Assembly: GCF_009914755.1 (NCBI RefSeq)
Contig: NC_060925.1
Length of the DNA stretch: 64,000 nt
Origin: the human T2T-CHM13v2.0 reference genome, Homo sapiens
Direction: 5' to 3' (one strand)
In this document: positions 27,301-41,300 of the stretch, in pieces
Layout: the number at the start of each line of letters is the position of its first letter
Position numbering within the stretch: the stretch's first letter is position 1
Translations under genes and position numbers: made by a program
Notes under the pieces: model-generated
Seen by the model: the letters and a program-made list of their open reading frames with translations, nothing else
The model's database searches: none
Told to the model about the DNA's origin: nothing

Positions 27301-30300
27301 AACCTCTGAACACAGAATCCTTGCCAGTATTTGAAATTTATAGGTAATCAACCCTATATTTAAGCCAATAAGTCTGAAAGCCTTCCGAGTGCTCCCTTAA
27401 TTTGGTAAGTTAGTAATGAGTAAAATTTGCTAAGTCAATAGTCAGAAAAATAGCATTATATACTATATAGAGAAAAATATTAATAAGATATTTTCTACTT
27501 TCAATGTACACACAGTTCTCCCAAGTCAGCTCAAGGTATCCATCGCCTTGGGGTGAAATTGGGATTAGAAATGTTTGGAGACTGTTGAAAGAGAAATGAT
27601 TTTCTAAAATTCTATAGCTCCCATTTAATGGTTCAAAAGGCCTGGCCCAACTAGATCACAGAATTTTATTTGTGGGCAAAAAGAAGAGGAAGTAAAAGAC
27701 AAGGCCATGTTATCTGGGCCTAGACAAGGGGAGAAAGATAGAAAAGAAGAACTGGGAGGTAGAAGGTCAGAATCCAGAAATGCATCCTCTTCTCTCCTCT
27801 GGTCTGAACCCCAGGACTTCAGATGTGTGTGTTACATAAGCCTGGGGAACACCCATGGCTGACGTTCTGTGGCATCTGTTCCCTTTTAGAGAGGAGACCC
27901 TCCAGCAGGGAGGTGCTGAGGCAATGTAGACAGATGGGCATGGGGCTTCCGATGCAGTTGACGGCACATCAGCATGGCCAGGGACATGGAGTGTCCAGGT
28001 TGTGACAGAAAGTAAAGGTACTCCCTCCTCTTAGTTGTGATATTTGCTCCCTTCACTTTCCCTGTGGCTCAGGTACTGAGGTGAGAGCCAACAGGCCTGC
28101 CCTGGACCTGTAGACCTGGCAGAGATTCAGTCCGCAGTGCCAGCCAGAAAGCGCTGAGAGGAGGCTAAATGAGCAGGCAGAACCTCGGCCGCAACTAAAC
28201 AGAGAAAAATGAGTCTAGATGTATTGGCCAGAGGAGTCAAGGGGAGATGCTAGCAGTAGGCTCCAGGAGAGACCAGGCTGATACTTCAGAGGCATCAGCT
28301 AATGCACAACGAAGGCGTGGCATGACCAGTTGATTCTATCCTCCTGCCACCAAGAGATGAGGTAAATATTTTCTTGTAGCCTAGACACTGTCTTTGAAAG
28401 GATCAAAAGAAGAAAAGAGTCTGAAGGCCAGTGCAAATGTTCCCAAAGGACTGAGTAACACCTAGATGCAGGGTATACGTTATTGGCTCAAAAATATACT
28501 TTAAAACTTAATTGGATCCGGTTTCCTTTTAAGAAACGTTCATGCCATGTAGGAGGTGAGGGCTTTGAGGAAGATCAGAGTAGCCGTAGAAAAAAATTAT
28601 GAATCTATATTTATCTACATGCCCGGGAGCAGTGTGTGTTACTTTTGTATCAACTAGTCCACAGTGTTCACTTGAAACTCATTCTTTGTTCTGATGACTT
28701 GGGTGTTCATTGAATATAAATTACCTTCTCTATAAAATATGGGACTAATAATATTAGCACAGAATCTGGTTTCTTAGGTACATCATTATAAAAATATGAA
28801 AGAATAAATTTAGGAACACAATGAACTATTTAAGCTAAATATTAAGACTATATGATTGTGCAACTAGAAGATTATTTATATATTTTTAAAATTTCTAAGT
28901 AAGTTTTCTGATTACAGAAGACATGAATGTTAGGAAAACTTGGATCACACAACTGTATTTTAATAGAAATACATACCTTCAAAAATAGTATTTAACGTGT
29001 ATATAATATACAACAACATATAGATATTATGATTTTTTGACCATTGCTCTAATGATGAACATAAACTTACTACACCATTTTTCCTATTAGAAATACTTTT
29101 GTGTATACATAAAACTTTGCAATTTTATCTAATCAGTCAGGAAATGGTAATATGTTAACTAGCTTATATGAGAATGAAAGTTCAGTATTAATGGATTTGT
29201 CATTACCACCAAGTATCAACTTCAAACAATATGGCCTTGGCTTAATTGTCAAAATGTTTTGAAGCATCTGCTTTCAGCTTTCATGTAAAAAAAAAAATCA
29301 AGTTTGTCATTCTTTAAATTTTGAAATTAGTTAGAAGTGTGAGTTTACCAGTATTTATATGGTTTATTTCTTTTTCAAATTTAGTTTCAATGTTCCTCTT
29401 AAAGGGACTTTGGTTTTTTGGGAGGAATGGGTTCAGAAATAAGACTATCACATGTTTCTGGGTTTAAAAGTTAAAAGAAAAAAAATCTCCAGACAAAGAA
29501 CAAGTATTTTAATTGCTTTACTGGCATGGGATTTTTGTGATTCAAAAATCATTTATAAAGCTTTAAAAAGAAACTTCTGATAGTCTGTCAAGTATGCAAA
29601 TTGTCTTGAGAATTGAAAGTTAATCAATTCACTAGCAGCAACTCTTGGGGCCTTCATATAAAAATATTTTAGAGTTAATTTTGTAGTTTGGATAATTCAA
29701 CAGATTTAAAAGGGAAGTACATTTTTTTTTAAAAAAAATTTCAGAATAAAAGATGATTGTCCTTGTTACTAGTTAGTTTTAATAATAAAGGATAAGACTG
29801 AGATTCCATGGCTCAGGATGCTTCTTAGGAGAAAATTATGTAGGAAATTGTCTAAGGGTAGGAGGAATAAAGAAGGAATAATTAGTGGATTTCATTTGTT
29901 TTACTTTTAAAAGGAAATCATCCTGGAATTATAGATTGATTAATTAAACACAGCCTCTAAATTCTAAAAATTATTAATAAATTATACAACAGTTTGAAGT
30001 AATTTGTAATATAATAATAGATGCTAACAATCTTCAACACAACATTATGATTATAATGGTAACACTCTCCCTTTCTGCTCTAACCAATACATGGCTTTCA
30101 TTAAACACCAGACAGGTCTCTGACAGAGTTAATTGTCTAAGCCTGTTCAAAAGGCCGAAAATTGCTCTCTGGGAATAAAAAACATTATACTGGAAACCAA
30201 AGACAAGATAAGAGTCTGGGCTTTAATTTAAAGAGAGGAGATGAATGCTGGGCAGCAAACAAAGGCAGTCAGTACTGGTTTGAATTTTTTGTTTTACTGT

Positions 30301-30764
30301 ACTACTTTGGATCAGTTTAAACCATTTCAGATATGAAGAAGGCATGTGCTCAGCTCATGAGCTAAACTTGTTGAATCCTATGGCTAGTACCATAGCTAGT
30401 CTACAACATCAGATATTTACACACAGGTGGAACACACTGGGAAAATAAATATCGAATCAGACTTCAAAAAAGGGCAACCTCTAAGGGGAAGGTGGGATGA
30501 ACATGGAAACAAGAACTCTACACCTGATATGATTTAGATAGTGAGTGATTTAGATACTATCTAAATCATTTCAGGTGTAGAGTTCTTGTTTTAGGCTTAG
30601 AGTTTTATTTATGATAATTAGATGTGGGATGGGCTAAAGTTAATTTCATCACTATTGAGAGAGAGTTGGCTACAGAACTGTGCAAATAAGACCACAGAAG
30701 TTTTGTTTAAATTAAAGGCCTGCTTTTAAATTTCTTTGGTATTTTTAATTTTTGCTGATTCCAA

Positions 30765-31400
30765 ACTCATTTATTCACTCTTTAAACATGTATTACAACA
30801 CCAACTCAACTATGTGTTGGGTGCCGGTCAGAAATTTTGAAATACAAGAAGGAAAAGATAGAGACCCTGATTTTATAGGAGAATGAACACACCAGAAAAC
30901 CAATGAGGACATACAATACAATGGGATAAGAATGAAAAGGATAAACTTGGGTCTAGAAGAAGGATTCCAGAAAGGTTCCTGTGAGAGAAGGAAAAACAGG
31001 GAAAGCAATGCTCAATCTTGGAAAGAATTTTGAAGGTTGAGTGGAAGTTAGCCTGATGGATTTGGGTCAAGGAGTGAGAGAATGAAGAATGGGAGAGTGG
31101 TCTGTTTGTGGGAACGGTAAGCAATAAACAATAATAAAGCTGGGAACTAGGGTACTGCAGCAGCAAGACAGAATACAAAGCTGGAGAAACATGCAATTGA
31201 AGAACATTCTATTTCTTGCCAGTAGCTTGAATTTTATCCCTAAGGCTGTGAGAAGCCACTGGCAGGTTTTCAGCTGGATTGTACTATTGTCAGAGCTGTA
31301 GTCTGACCACAGCAAGGAGAAAAGATTAGAAACAGATACGGTGGTGGCAGGAGCACCAACTTGGAGACTGCTGCAGTCACCCAGGTGAACAGGATGAGGT
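30765..31400. mobile_element. L2
   Basis: catttattcactc..aaacatgtatt; ttttatccctaaggctgtgagaagccactgg; gcagtcacccaggtga. Confidence 0.6.
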
Positions 31401-32278
31401 AACAGGTCCATCTTGCTCACCTGTCCCCATCCTCATCTCCATGAATGCTTGCATTTTGGACTTTCTACTCAACATATCATGATTACCTGAAAGCTACTTT
31501 CTCCTGCTTTTTCAGGGAGGAACTGTGCTAACAGTAATAATACCATTAAATTCTCTGAGGAAGACCTCCTTGAAATGCACCTATATTGTCTGAAAGAAGC
31601 AATGATCGTAAATTAATATACCACGTTAGCTACTCCTCTCTCGCTCAGACTCCTCTGAGAGAATGGCATGAGAGCAGGTCTCTTGTGATTGGGACGAGAA
31701 TAGAAGAGAGGCATAATACACGGTACATTAGCCTTCTTTTCCTTAAGGAAGTGTCATACTGAGGGTCCTGGCAAGCATTAGAACCGGAGGGATAGGGTGC
31801 CAAATGGAAATGGAGAAAGAAAGCAAAGAAACAGAGCTCCCTTCACAATATTTTCAAAGGGAAACCAAAATTAACAGCTGGTTAGATTTGTAAAGGTCAC
31901 AGATAAAGTGTCACCAGAGGGGCAAGAGGCATACGGAGCATGTCTGGGAAGATTTTATGGATGAAATCGCTTGAGTAGAGTTTAAACGTAGGAAAAGTAC
32001 TGTGATGTGTGTATGAGGGGAATGTGTGTGTGACAAGACTGAGGAAAAATAAATCACTGTTATCTATCAAGTTTTTAGCATTTTTTTGATCGTAATAGAA
32101 GGAAGCTATGTTGATTCACTTGTGGTAGTGCAAAGAAAATTAGAGAAAGGAGATTCCGTGTGAAACATTTATGCTAAAGTACTGCTTTTACCTGTAACAT
32201 CTAAAATATCTTGAAAACTGGGACAAAAGTGTGCAATTTTTCATTTTCAACAATTTTTTGTGCTATAATGCCTCGGGG

Positions 32279-32342
32279 GTGTGTGTGTGTACGTGTTTTT
32301 GTTTGTGTGTGTGTGTACGTGTTTTTGTTTGTGTGTGTGTGT
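32279..32342 (+). repeat. TG-rich short tandem repeat (two copies of gtgtgtgtgtacgtgtttttgttt)
   Basis: Seen directly. Confidence 0.85.
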
Positions 32343-33820
32343 AATATGAATCCAACCAAAAAAATTTAAACAACTGGATTTCATGTAGTTCAGAAAATTT
32401 AGAAACTGCCCAAGTCCTAGACAGGATGTTTGACTGCATCACCTCGGTGATGAGACTGCAGTATCCACTGCCTAGATTTTGCACGAGGCACCATTGGCTT
32501 CCCTGGGTGATTCCAACCGGCCTGGACTTGTTCAGTATTTTCCAGGGAGCTCACTACTCAGACATAGAGCTGATCCTTAAAGAAATGCAGGTAACACAGA
32601 AAACCATGGCTTGCTGGCACCTGGGTCAGGGAAGAAGAGGATGATACCATCTAAGAGTATCGTCTTCAGGGAGCTGAGAAACAGGGGCCACTCTGTTTTT
32701 CTTTAACGTCAAGGCCAAGCTTCATTGACAGCACAGTTGTTTTGTATTGACATGTCCACTCTGAAGTCCCTATCTTGTAATTATATTATATTATTACATT
32801 CCTTTGCCATTCCAAACAGAAAAGATTCTAACTTCCTCTTCCTCCCAATTTCTTGCCCTTATATGCCCTCTTTATTTCTTGTGTTTGTGGGATGTCACAG
32901 TATTGTGTTAAAGTGTTTAAATATTAACTGTGTTTTGTCAAACAGGTTCATTTGTTATTTGATTTGGGGAATCTTTGAAAGTAATACAGGATTTAAACGT
33001 TTTAGGTATTTCAATATAGTGTTTATTTAAAGTAGTTCTAAGCTGGGAAATTAGACGTTATATAATCAAGGCTTTGTTTTCTTACTTTTACATATCTATC
33101 TAAATACTTTCAGAAAGTATTTTAAAAGTTTCTTCTAAACAGAACTCTGAAAATGGAACAAGATTTTTAGGGGCACTCCTAATTTGTAGAAGCCCTGAGA
33201 TAAATCTTACAAAGCCAGCGGCTGTCATCTATTTTATCTGGTTTCAAAGTTTGATTTTGTACATTTGTTCTTTAAATATGTACACCTGTGAACCAGAAGT
33301 TACAGAGAAATTTATATGCTCTTTAAATTTCCACAAATGACTTAGACTTGATCTTTAGCCTTACCCAAATATTCAGAAAAAAAAAAGAAAAGGAAGAAGT
33401 GAAGTTAAGCATCAAATTCATGAATTGAGATATGAAATATATTTATTGGAGCATTTAGGACCTCAAAACCAAGTTCTTTCCTTAGCCCTGATGTCTTGTT
33501 ACTGACTAGAGGTAAATTATGACTTCTTAATGCCTCAGTTTCATGTTAAATGAGAATTAGGTGCCCAGGAACCACATGGTAAAAGGGATTTGTGAAGGCA
33601 AACGATTTTAGGAACTTGTTCATGTAATTAACTACCAAGTCTCTCTAAGTCAGTGCCTTGTTCTTACAAATGTTATATATCTTTATTAGATGGCAAAATT
33701 TGGACACCTTGCATCAGTAACCCATGCTTTGACTTGGTCTGGCTAGTGACAAGATATATGTTTTTGGAAGAAAAGTGGGAGGAAAGAAAGGAAGGATGTC
33801 TCTTCTAAAATTTCAAAGAA

Positions 33821-33942
33821 AGCCAGATGTAATGACATGCATCTTTAGTCCCACCTACTCAGGAAGCTGAACTGGGAGGATTGCTTGAGCCTAGAAGTTT
33901 GAGTCCAGCCTGGGCAACATGGTAAGACTGTCTCTAAAAAAA
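33821..33942 (+). mobile_element. FLAM (Alu monomer)
   Basis: agccagatg...gggaggattgcttgagcc..cagcctgggcaacat...ctctaaaaaaa. Confidence 0.8.
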
Positions 33943-33943
33943 T

Positions 33944-34243
33944 TGATGAAGCTGGAAGCCATCATTCTCAGCAAACTATCACAAGAACAGAAAACCAAAC
34001 ACCATAGGTTCTCACTCGTAAGTGAGAGTTGAACAGTGAGAACACATGGACACAGGGAGGGGAACATCACACACCAGGGCCTGTTGGGAGGTGCAGGGCT
34101 AGGAGAGGGATAACATTAGGAGAAATACCTAATGCAGGTGACGGGTTGATGGATACAGCACACCACTATGGCACGTGTATACCTATGTAACAAACCTGCA
34201 TGTTCTGCACATGTACCCCAGAACTTAAAGTACAATAAAAAAA
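33944..34243 (+). mobile_element. L1PA 3' end (5'-truncated)
   Basis: gatgaagctggaagccatcattctcagcaaact...acatgtaccccagaacttaaagta.aataaaaaa. Confidence 0.92.
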
Positions 34244-35591
34244 GATATAACTGATATTCAATAATTTCCTGTTTGAATAAAAGAATAAGTGCACAAAATA
34301 ATTGATAGAAACATATGATATAACTGTTTAAAAGTCTACCAAATTTACCCCTGTATTCCTGTTTATTTTGGCTACTGAACGTAACCAAAATCAATATGGA
34401 TACTGAGAAATACTATTTAATAAAGACATAAATTAGACTGCTAAAAAAAATTAAAGAAATTTCAAAAGAGAATCCACCTCTTTTCCTTGCCAGTGCTCAA
34501 AAGTGAGTGTGAATCTGGTGGCTGCGGGGCTGTTTTTGGTGTGGCTCTTTGGACCAGCCTGCCTGGTAATTCAAGCCTGCCTCTCATTTCTGATTCCTGG
34601 CTCTAAACTCGGGATTTTTTGCTTCCATGCAATAGTCAGTAGAGAGGGCTGACCAAGGTAGTCTGATAGTGTGAAAATGTGTGAAAAGGACTCTGCCCCT
34701 TTTTCTTTGCCTCGGAATCTTCTTTTATTTTTTATAACTTCAGGCCAGGTAGTAGATTTTGGAGGATAAGGATTTTTACTCTAAATTTGATTAGGGAAAA
34801 TGTATCATTCAGAAAAAGCTCTGCATGTCTCAACATGCGTCAATCTTGACAACATACATTTTCAATAAAAAAATAAAGTTGAAAAAATTCATATGATATA
34901 ATTTTTGTAAATTTTAAAACACTTTATATTTTTATGGTCACATACATACATCAGAAAAATACATTTATTCCCACAAGAAAGATGAACACCAACTCCAGGA
35001 GAGTGGTTATTTTGTGGAGAGGGGAAAGAAAAAAACGAATGGGGTGGGCTGGGCTGAACTGGGACTATGGCTGTAACTGTTTTTCCTCAAAAGGAGGAAA
35101 TCTATCTAAAGCAAGTCCGCCAACTGTTAGTACTTTTAAAATCCAGGTTTATACTATCTTCAGTTCTTTTTTGTACTTTGAAATATTTACTAAATAAACA
35201 TTTACATAATTCATGTATCAAAATATCACATGTATCCCATTAAGTATGTACAATTATTATTTATCAATTTAAAAAATTACATGATATATATAATTTTTTT
35301 AAAAAGTCTCTGAGGCTGCTGAAATAGTTTGAGAATCTACCATGCATTAGACATTGAGAACACAAGTATTAGGATTATGGGGACTCTACCTGAAGGACCT
35401 CATTGTCAAGAGGGAAGAGGGATATAACAAATACTCCCAATAAAATGTGATGATCACAATCATATGTAATGGCTTCTAAATAGAATGATTGACTCTATAA
35501 GGACCCTTTCCTAGAAGACTTTGAGGAAATCTAGGTCAGAGTCATGGCAAAAAAATCATCACACTTGTTGAATTTTTAAAAATTTACTTAC

Positions 35592-35847
35592 TTGGAAGGC
35601 TGAGGCAGGTGGATCACCTGAGGACAGGAGTTCAAGACCAGTCTGGCCAACATGGTGAAACCCCGTCTCTACTAAAAAAATATAAAAACTAGCTAGACGT
35701 GGTGGTGGGTGCCTGTAATCCCAGCTACTTGGAAGGCTGAGGCAGGAGAATTGCTTGAACCCAGGAAATGGAGGTTGCAGTGAGCCGACACGGTGCCACT
35801 TGTACTCCAGCCTTGGTGACAGAGTGAGACTCCATCTCAAAAAAAAA
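35592..35847 (+). mobile_element. 5'-truncated AluSx
   Basis: ggatcacctgagg..aggagttcaagaccag..tggccaacatggtgaaacccc. Confidence 0.9.
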
Positions 35848-38027
35848 TTACTTTCATATTTAATATTTCAAACTAATTGCAAACAAAATATTGTTAGTGA
35901 GAGATCCTCAAAATACAACTGGGAAATTCGCCCATGTAATTTATTTCAATAAATGTTATGTACCTTAGCATATGTTTCTATATGGTCTTCTCCAAGTCTG
36001 TTGTCTTTATGTTTCTTTTTCTTTTTTTTTTTTTTAATTTCTTGGAAATGTATCTCCCCAGCTAGATATCCAACTCTTCAGTAAGGGCTACCTGGTTTTC
36101 ATATATTAATCACCCACTCTCTGGAGTGTTTAGTGTAGTACTATATAAATGATAATGATGTTTCAATTCTTATGTAATTCCTACTATGTGTTATGAGAAC
36201 ATAGTAAAGGGGTACTCAACCCCAAACTGAATTTTTGGGGCCACTGTCACCAGATAAGACATGTGGAGTTAAGATTCACATTGCCAGAAATATGCAGGTA
36301 CAGTATATGAAGAATATAATGCCACATATGAAAATGGTACAGAGGACATCTATCACTTCAGGCGAAAGAAACACTACAGTTAATTACCAAGAAGGTTGGC
36401 AAGGCATTCTGGAATCTGAACAATGCACTATTGGCTCTCAATAGAAAACACTAAACACTAAACAAGGTTTTTTGTTTTTGTTTTTCACTCAACAAAAAGA
36501 CACCAAAAAACTTAGCATTCCATTGTTGGGGTAGATACAAAAACAAACAAACAAAAATATAATTTATTCTATTAATAGCTACACTTGGTGGCTGGTAGAT
36601 TTGCATTGGCAATTGTTAAAAATAGAACAATAAACATTTGACATCTCAGTCTTAATTAAGATGAGCATAATGTGATACTGGGTTGATAGGGATAAGGGAC
36701 ATCCCTGATAAATCTGCAAAGAAGAAACAGGTATAACATATGAGTCTTAGTAGTATATACATATTATACCTGTTGACTTAATAGAAAACTCCCTTCCTGG
36801 GGCCCTTATTGTGTTTATTTGTTATTTTCACACTTTGATCCCCTTAGCAACCAGCTATTTGGGGCTACAAAAGTTTTACTTTAACTGAAATCCTGTTTGT
36901 GGAAAAGTTTTATCAGTGTCCAGAAAACAACATTGATAACAATGAAAGGAAACAAAAATCAAGCAAACCCAAAGCATTTAAAGCAATCACGGTTGCTAAG
37001 GAGATGGAAAATAAAGTCAATACAATTTAATGGACAGTTTCAGATAGCAGCAGTACAAATGTACTCAGGGAAATCTGAGTATGTCCATTGTAAAGAAGGT
37101 GGCATCCTCACATCTTTAACAGTGAGGATAGATGCGTAGACACCCAGTGTAGCCTTGTGAACACCCCTACTGTCTCCCTTTCTAACTGAATTGGCTCTCA
37201 CCTATCTGCGCTTTGTTGGCCGCATCCTGGTAAGGACTTTTCCCACATCAGGGTGTCTAGCAAAAGCTCCCTGCCCTAGGAAGGAGCTGCCTAAGTTGGA
37301 GGGTCCTCTCCTTTCTGGAACAGAGGGGCTGGAATTTGACTCCTTCTTTTGCAACCTGAATTACCTGATTACTTCCTGAATTGCAATTGCTCATTTGATT
37401 CCTAAAAGCCAGCTTCCAGTGTTTTCTGGGCCAAGCCCCAGAGGATAATTGGCCTCCTCCTTTTTGTGTTCTCTTCCCAGACCCATCTTCCTTCCCTCTT
37501 TCCATGGTTCAGTGCTGTCAGTGGTAATACTAGTATTAATAGTGACTAATGTTTATTGAGTTCTTAATATATTTGGGCACTATTCTAAACACATTTTCAA
37601 ATGTTAACTTTTTGGGGTCTCATTAACAAGTTGGGGTTTATATAATTTTCACCCCTATTTTGCAGCTGAGGAAACCAAGGCACAACTAACAATTGGCTGG
37701 GCCTGAATTCAAATCTAGGTAGTTCACAGTCTTTATCTGTAAACAATGCTAATTTTCATGTGAATCTATGTTGTAACAGAATTACTTGGGATAATGAAGG
37801 TCATGGAGGGAACACAATGACTTTCAATGTACCCGAAGTCCCTTGGTGTGAATTAAAATGCTTTTTGATGATAAAAGTCATGGTTATGATGTAATCTTTC
37901 TTGGAGTTAATAAGAACTGGTGATTTTGTGTGTATTGGGGTAATGGTGGTTACTTACACCCATTCAAAAAATATTTGCATACTCATGATGTGCACTAAGA
38001 AATCAAAGAATAATTCAGATGAGATGC

Positions 38028-38722
<695 letters not shown>

Positions 38723-39856
38723 GATGCCTTCCTTCAGCTGTCCTATTAGCTTTCAGTTTAGTAGAGGAAGCCAGACATACAGACAAAAAGACTCACAGCA
38801 TAAAAGATGCTATGAGCATACATCAAGACACATGCAATTACGATCAAATGTATCAGAGGTAAAGAAGAGGGAAAGTTTCACAGAGGAATATACTCAGAAT
38901 ATATGATCAGGCAATTGTCCTGAGCAAATTAAATTAATCAAATCAATTATTAATGTAATTAAATTTTTCTAATTAATTTACTTCTACTATATGAAGAAAC
39001 AGATTCCATGGGAACTTAGGGCCAAGCTTAATTTTCCTCATCATATCTTGTTTTTATTTAAATTATAGTTAGCAGAATTCTGAACTAGTGGAGTTTCCAT
39101 GCTGGTTCCAATTGTTCTCCCAATGGGTGTTTTGACACTCCATAAATATATTTGCATAATTGGCTATGTTAGTTCTGGTGTGATTTTGACATGTCTTGTG
39201 ATTCTCAAGGTCTCAGAGAAGCTTGTGACAACCCTGAATCAACATTTTGTCCTCAGTTATTACCTAATCATGCACATTATCACATAGAGGGGTTTGCAGG
39301 GATGATAGATGAGAGTGTCTATATTTTGAGTGACTGCTTAGGAAAGGTCAGAAGTGCTTTCTATAATATCAAGCCTTAAAACCCTTCAGTTGTGATTTCC
39401 GAGCTGAGAACTGAATCAACATAAGAGCATTCCATGGTAACTAGCCTGCATCTGTTATGCTCCAGTAGCAGGCTGTTGCAGGACTAGAAACACATCCCCA
39501 TCTGAAGCATCTAGTAGTGTTGCAGAAGTCAGCAGGTAATAAGCAAAAGCCTAGGAGAAAGCTATAATTATAGCAATTCCATCAGAAGTGAGTGGTACCA
39601 CCTTGTAGGAAAAGAAATGATTTATTCTTTCAGAGAAGGGAGATGAACAGAAGAATCTGCAGAAGGCATAAATTGCATCATCAAAATTTCAGTGCAATGC
39701 ATGTTTGGGCATAAAATTTTGGGTGGATGAGGAGCTGCTTCTTCTGTAATGTACCACAATACCTGGAGCTCCAGGAAGGGGGAATCAATGCAATAGAAGA
39801 CAGGTCCCATAAACAGTGATCCAGCGGGGAGGGTAAATGTCAGTGAAACAGGCAAG

Positions 39857-40071
39857 CAGGCAAGGATTAGGGTAAGGCAAGTGAGGCCAACTTGTGCAAG
39901 TGCAAGGTTAGATCTTGCCTTTGTCTATAATTGTAATCTTTTGTTCAACATGGAGTTTTGTATTAATGTTGATTTTTAAAATATTGCATTATTATTTATT
40001 TTGATTAGTGTGTGTTTTGACACTATTTACACTTTACTCCAGAGGAAAGTATCTCCTTAGTGCTGGCCCTG
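39857..40071. mobile_element. MER96B-like hAT MITE
   Basis: Termini caggcaaggattagggtaaggcaagtgaggc ... ccttagtgctggccctg. Confidence 0.55.
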
Positions 40072-40176
40072 CATGACTGCTGTTGAAGTGAGATATTTTA
40101 ACACTTACACTATATGAGTAAATAGACCCATTGCATTTTATTGTCGGTGTGATCTCACAGGATATCTGATGTTACC

Positions 40177-40355
40177 TGTATTAGTCTGTTCTCATGCTGC
40201 TAATAAAGACATACTCGAGACTGGGTAATTTGTATAGGAAAGAGGTTTAATTGACTTACAGTTCCACATGGCTGGGAAGGACTCACAATCATGGCTGAAG
40301 GTGAATGAGAAGCAAGTTATGTCTTAGATGGTGGCAGGCAAGAGAGCTTTTGCAG
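40177..40355 (-). mobile_element. Truncated THE1D-like LTR fragment
   Basis: tgtattagtctgttctcatgctg...ggcaagagagcttttgcag, then an abrupt end. Confidence 0.85.
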
Positions 40356-40359
40356 AAGC

Positions 40360-40645
40360 TGCAACCAGGAGAACTTAAGACCATGTTTAGCCTGCAAACA
40401 CATTTTATTTGCCATAAACAATGTTTATTTTTTAAAATTGCATTAGTTGCCTCTCTTAAAATTGGAAAATTTCTTCTAAAAACAATTTGGATGTCAGGCT
40501 TCTCTTGAAAAGTTGGAAGGTCTAACACACTGGGTCTATGTTCTCTCACAGCAGTAATCAACTAAAGCTGATGAGAATATTTTCTCCAGTTCTCTGGGCC
40601 CACTTCATGTGGGCATGTTACCTGCCTGGTGCTGTAGGTGTTGGA
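40360..40645. mobile_element. MER102-like hAT-Charlie element
   Basis: attagttgcc..aaaattgg..ggcttctcttgaaaagttggaaggtctaacacactggg. Confidence 0.6.
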
Positions 40646-40823
40646 AATCCAGAGATTCTGAATTCTGCTTAACTACAGCATCCTTACAATATACCTCTTA
40701 AAGATGGTCTTGCATTCATTTAATAAATAATGATTTTTTGCATACTACATGTAAAATATTGTGCTGAGGGACAAGACAACAAGGTCCCTTGTCTATTGGA
40801 ATTTGTTTTGGTCTTATAGGCAA

Positions 40824-41300
40824 TGTTATGGGCTGAGTTTTGTCCCCCCACTACAATAAATAATAGAAAAGATATGCTGAAGTCCTAACCCCAATACCGT
40901 AGAATGTGACCTTATTATGAAATAAGGTCTTTACAGAGGTAATGAAGTTAAAATGAGGTCATTAGGATAGACCTTAATCCAATATGAATGGTGTCCTTTA
41001 AAAAGGGGGAAATTTGGACACAGAGACAGATACACACAAAGGGAAAAGGATGTGAAGACTCACAGAGAGAAGGTGGCCATGAGACTGGAGCGCTGCGTCT
41101 ACAAGCCAAGGAACACCAAGGATTGCTGGTAAGCCCCAGAACCCAAAAGAAGCAAGGAAGGATTCTTCCTTAGAGCTGCCACAGAGAGCAAGGAATTGCA
41201 GACACCTGAATTCCTGACTTCTACTCCGCAGACCACATGTTTCTGTTACTTCAGCTACATGAGTTTTTGGCACTTTGTTATAGCAGCCCTAGGAAACACA
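40824..41300 (+). mobile_element. MLT1B/C LTR
   Basis: tgttatgggctga...gaagtcctaacccc..gaatgtgacctta...ttgttatagcagccctaggaaac. Confidence 0.88.

Noticed and set aside
27600-28600. Relatively GC-rich block that might be an exon
   Set aside because: No coherent ORF or splice pair; more likely an ancient LTR remnant that I cannot classify reliably
31910-31927. CTCF-like motif caccagaggggca
   Set aside because: Mismatch at the conserved GGC position; not supportable from sequence alone
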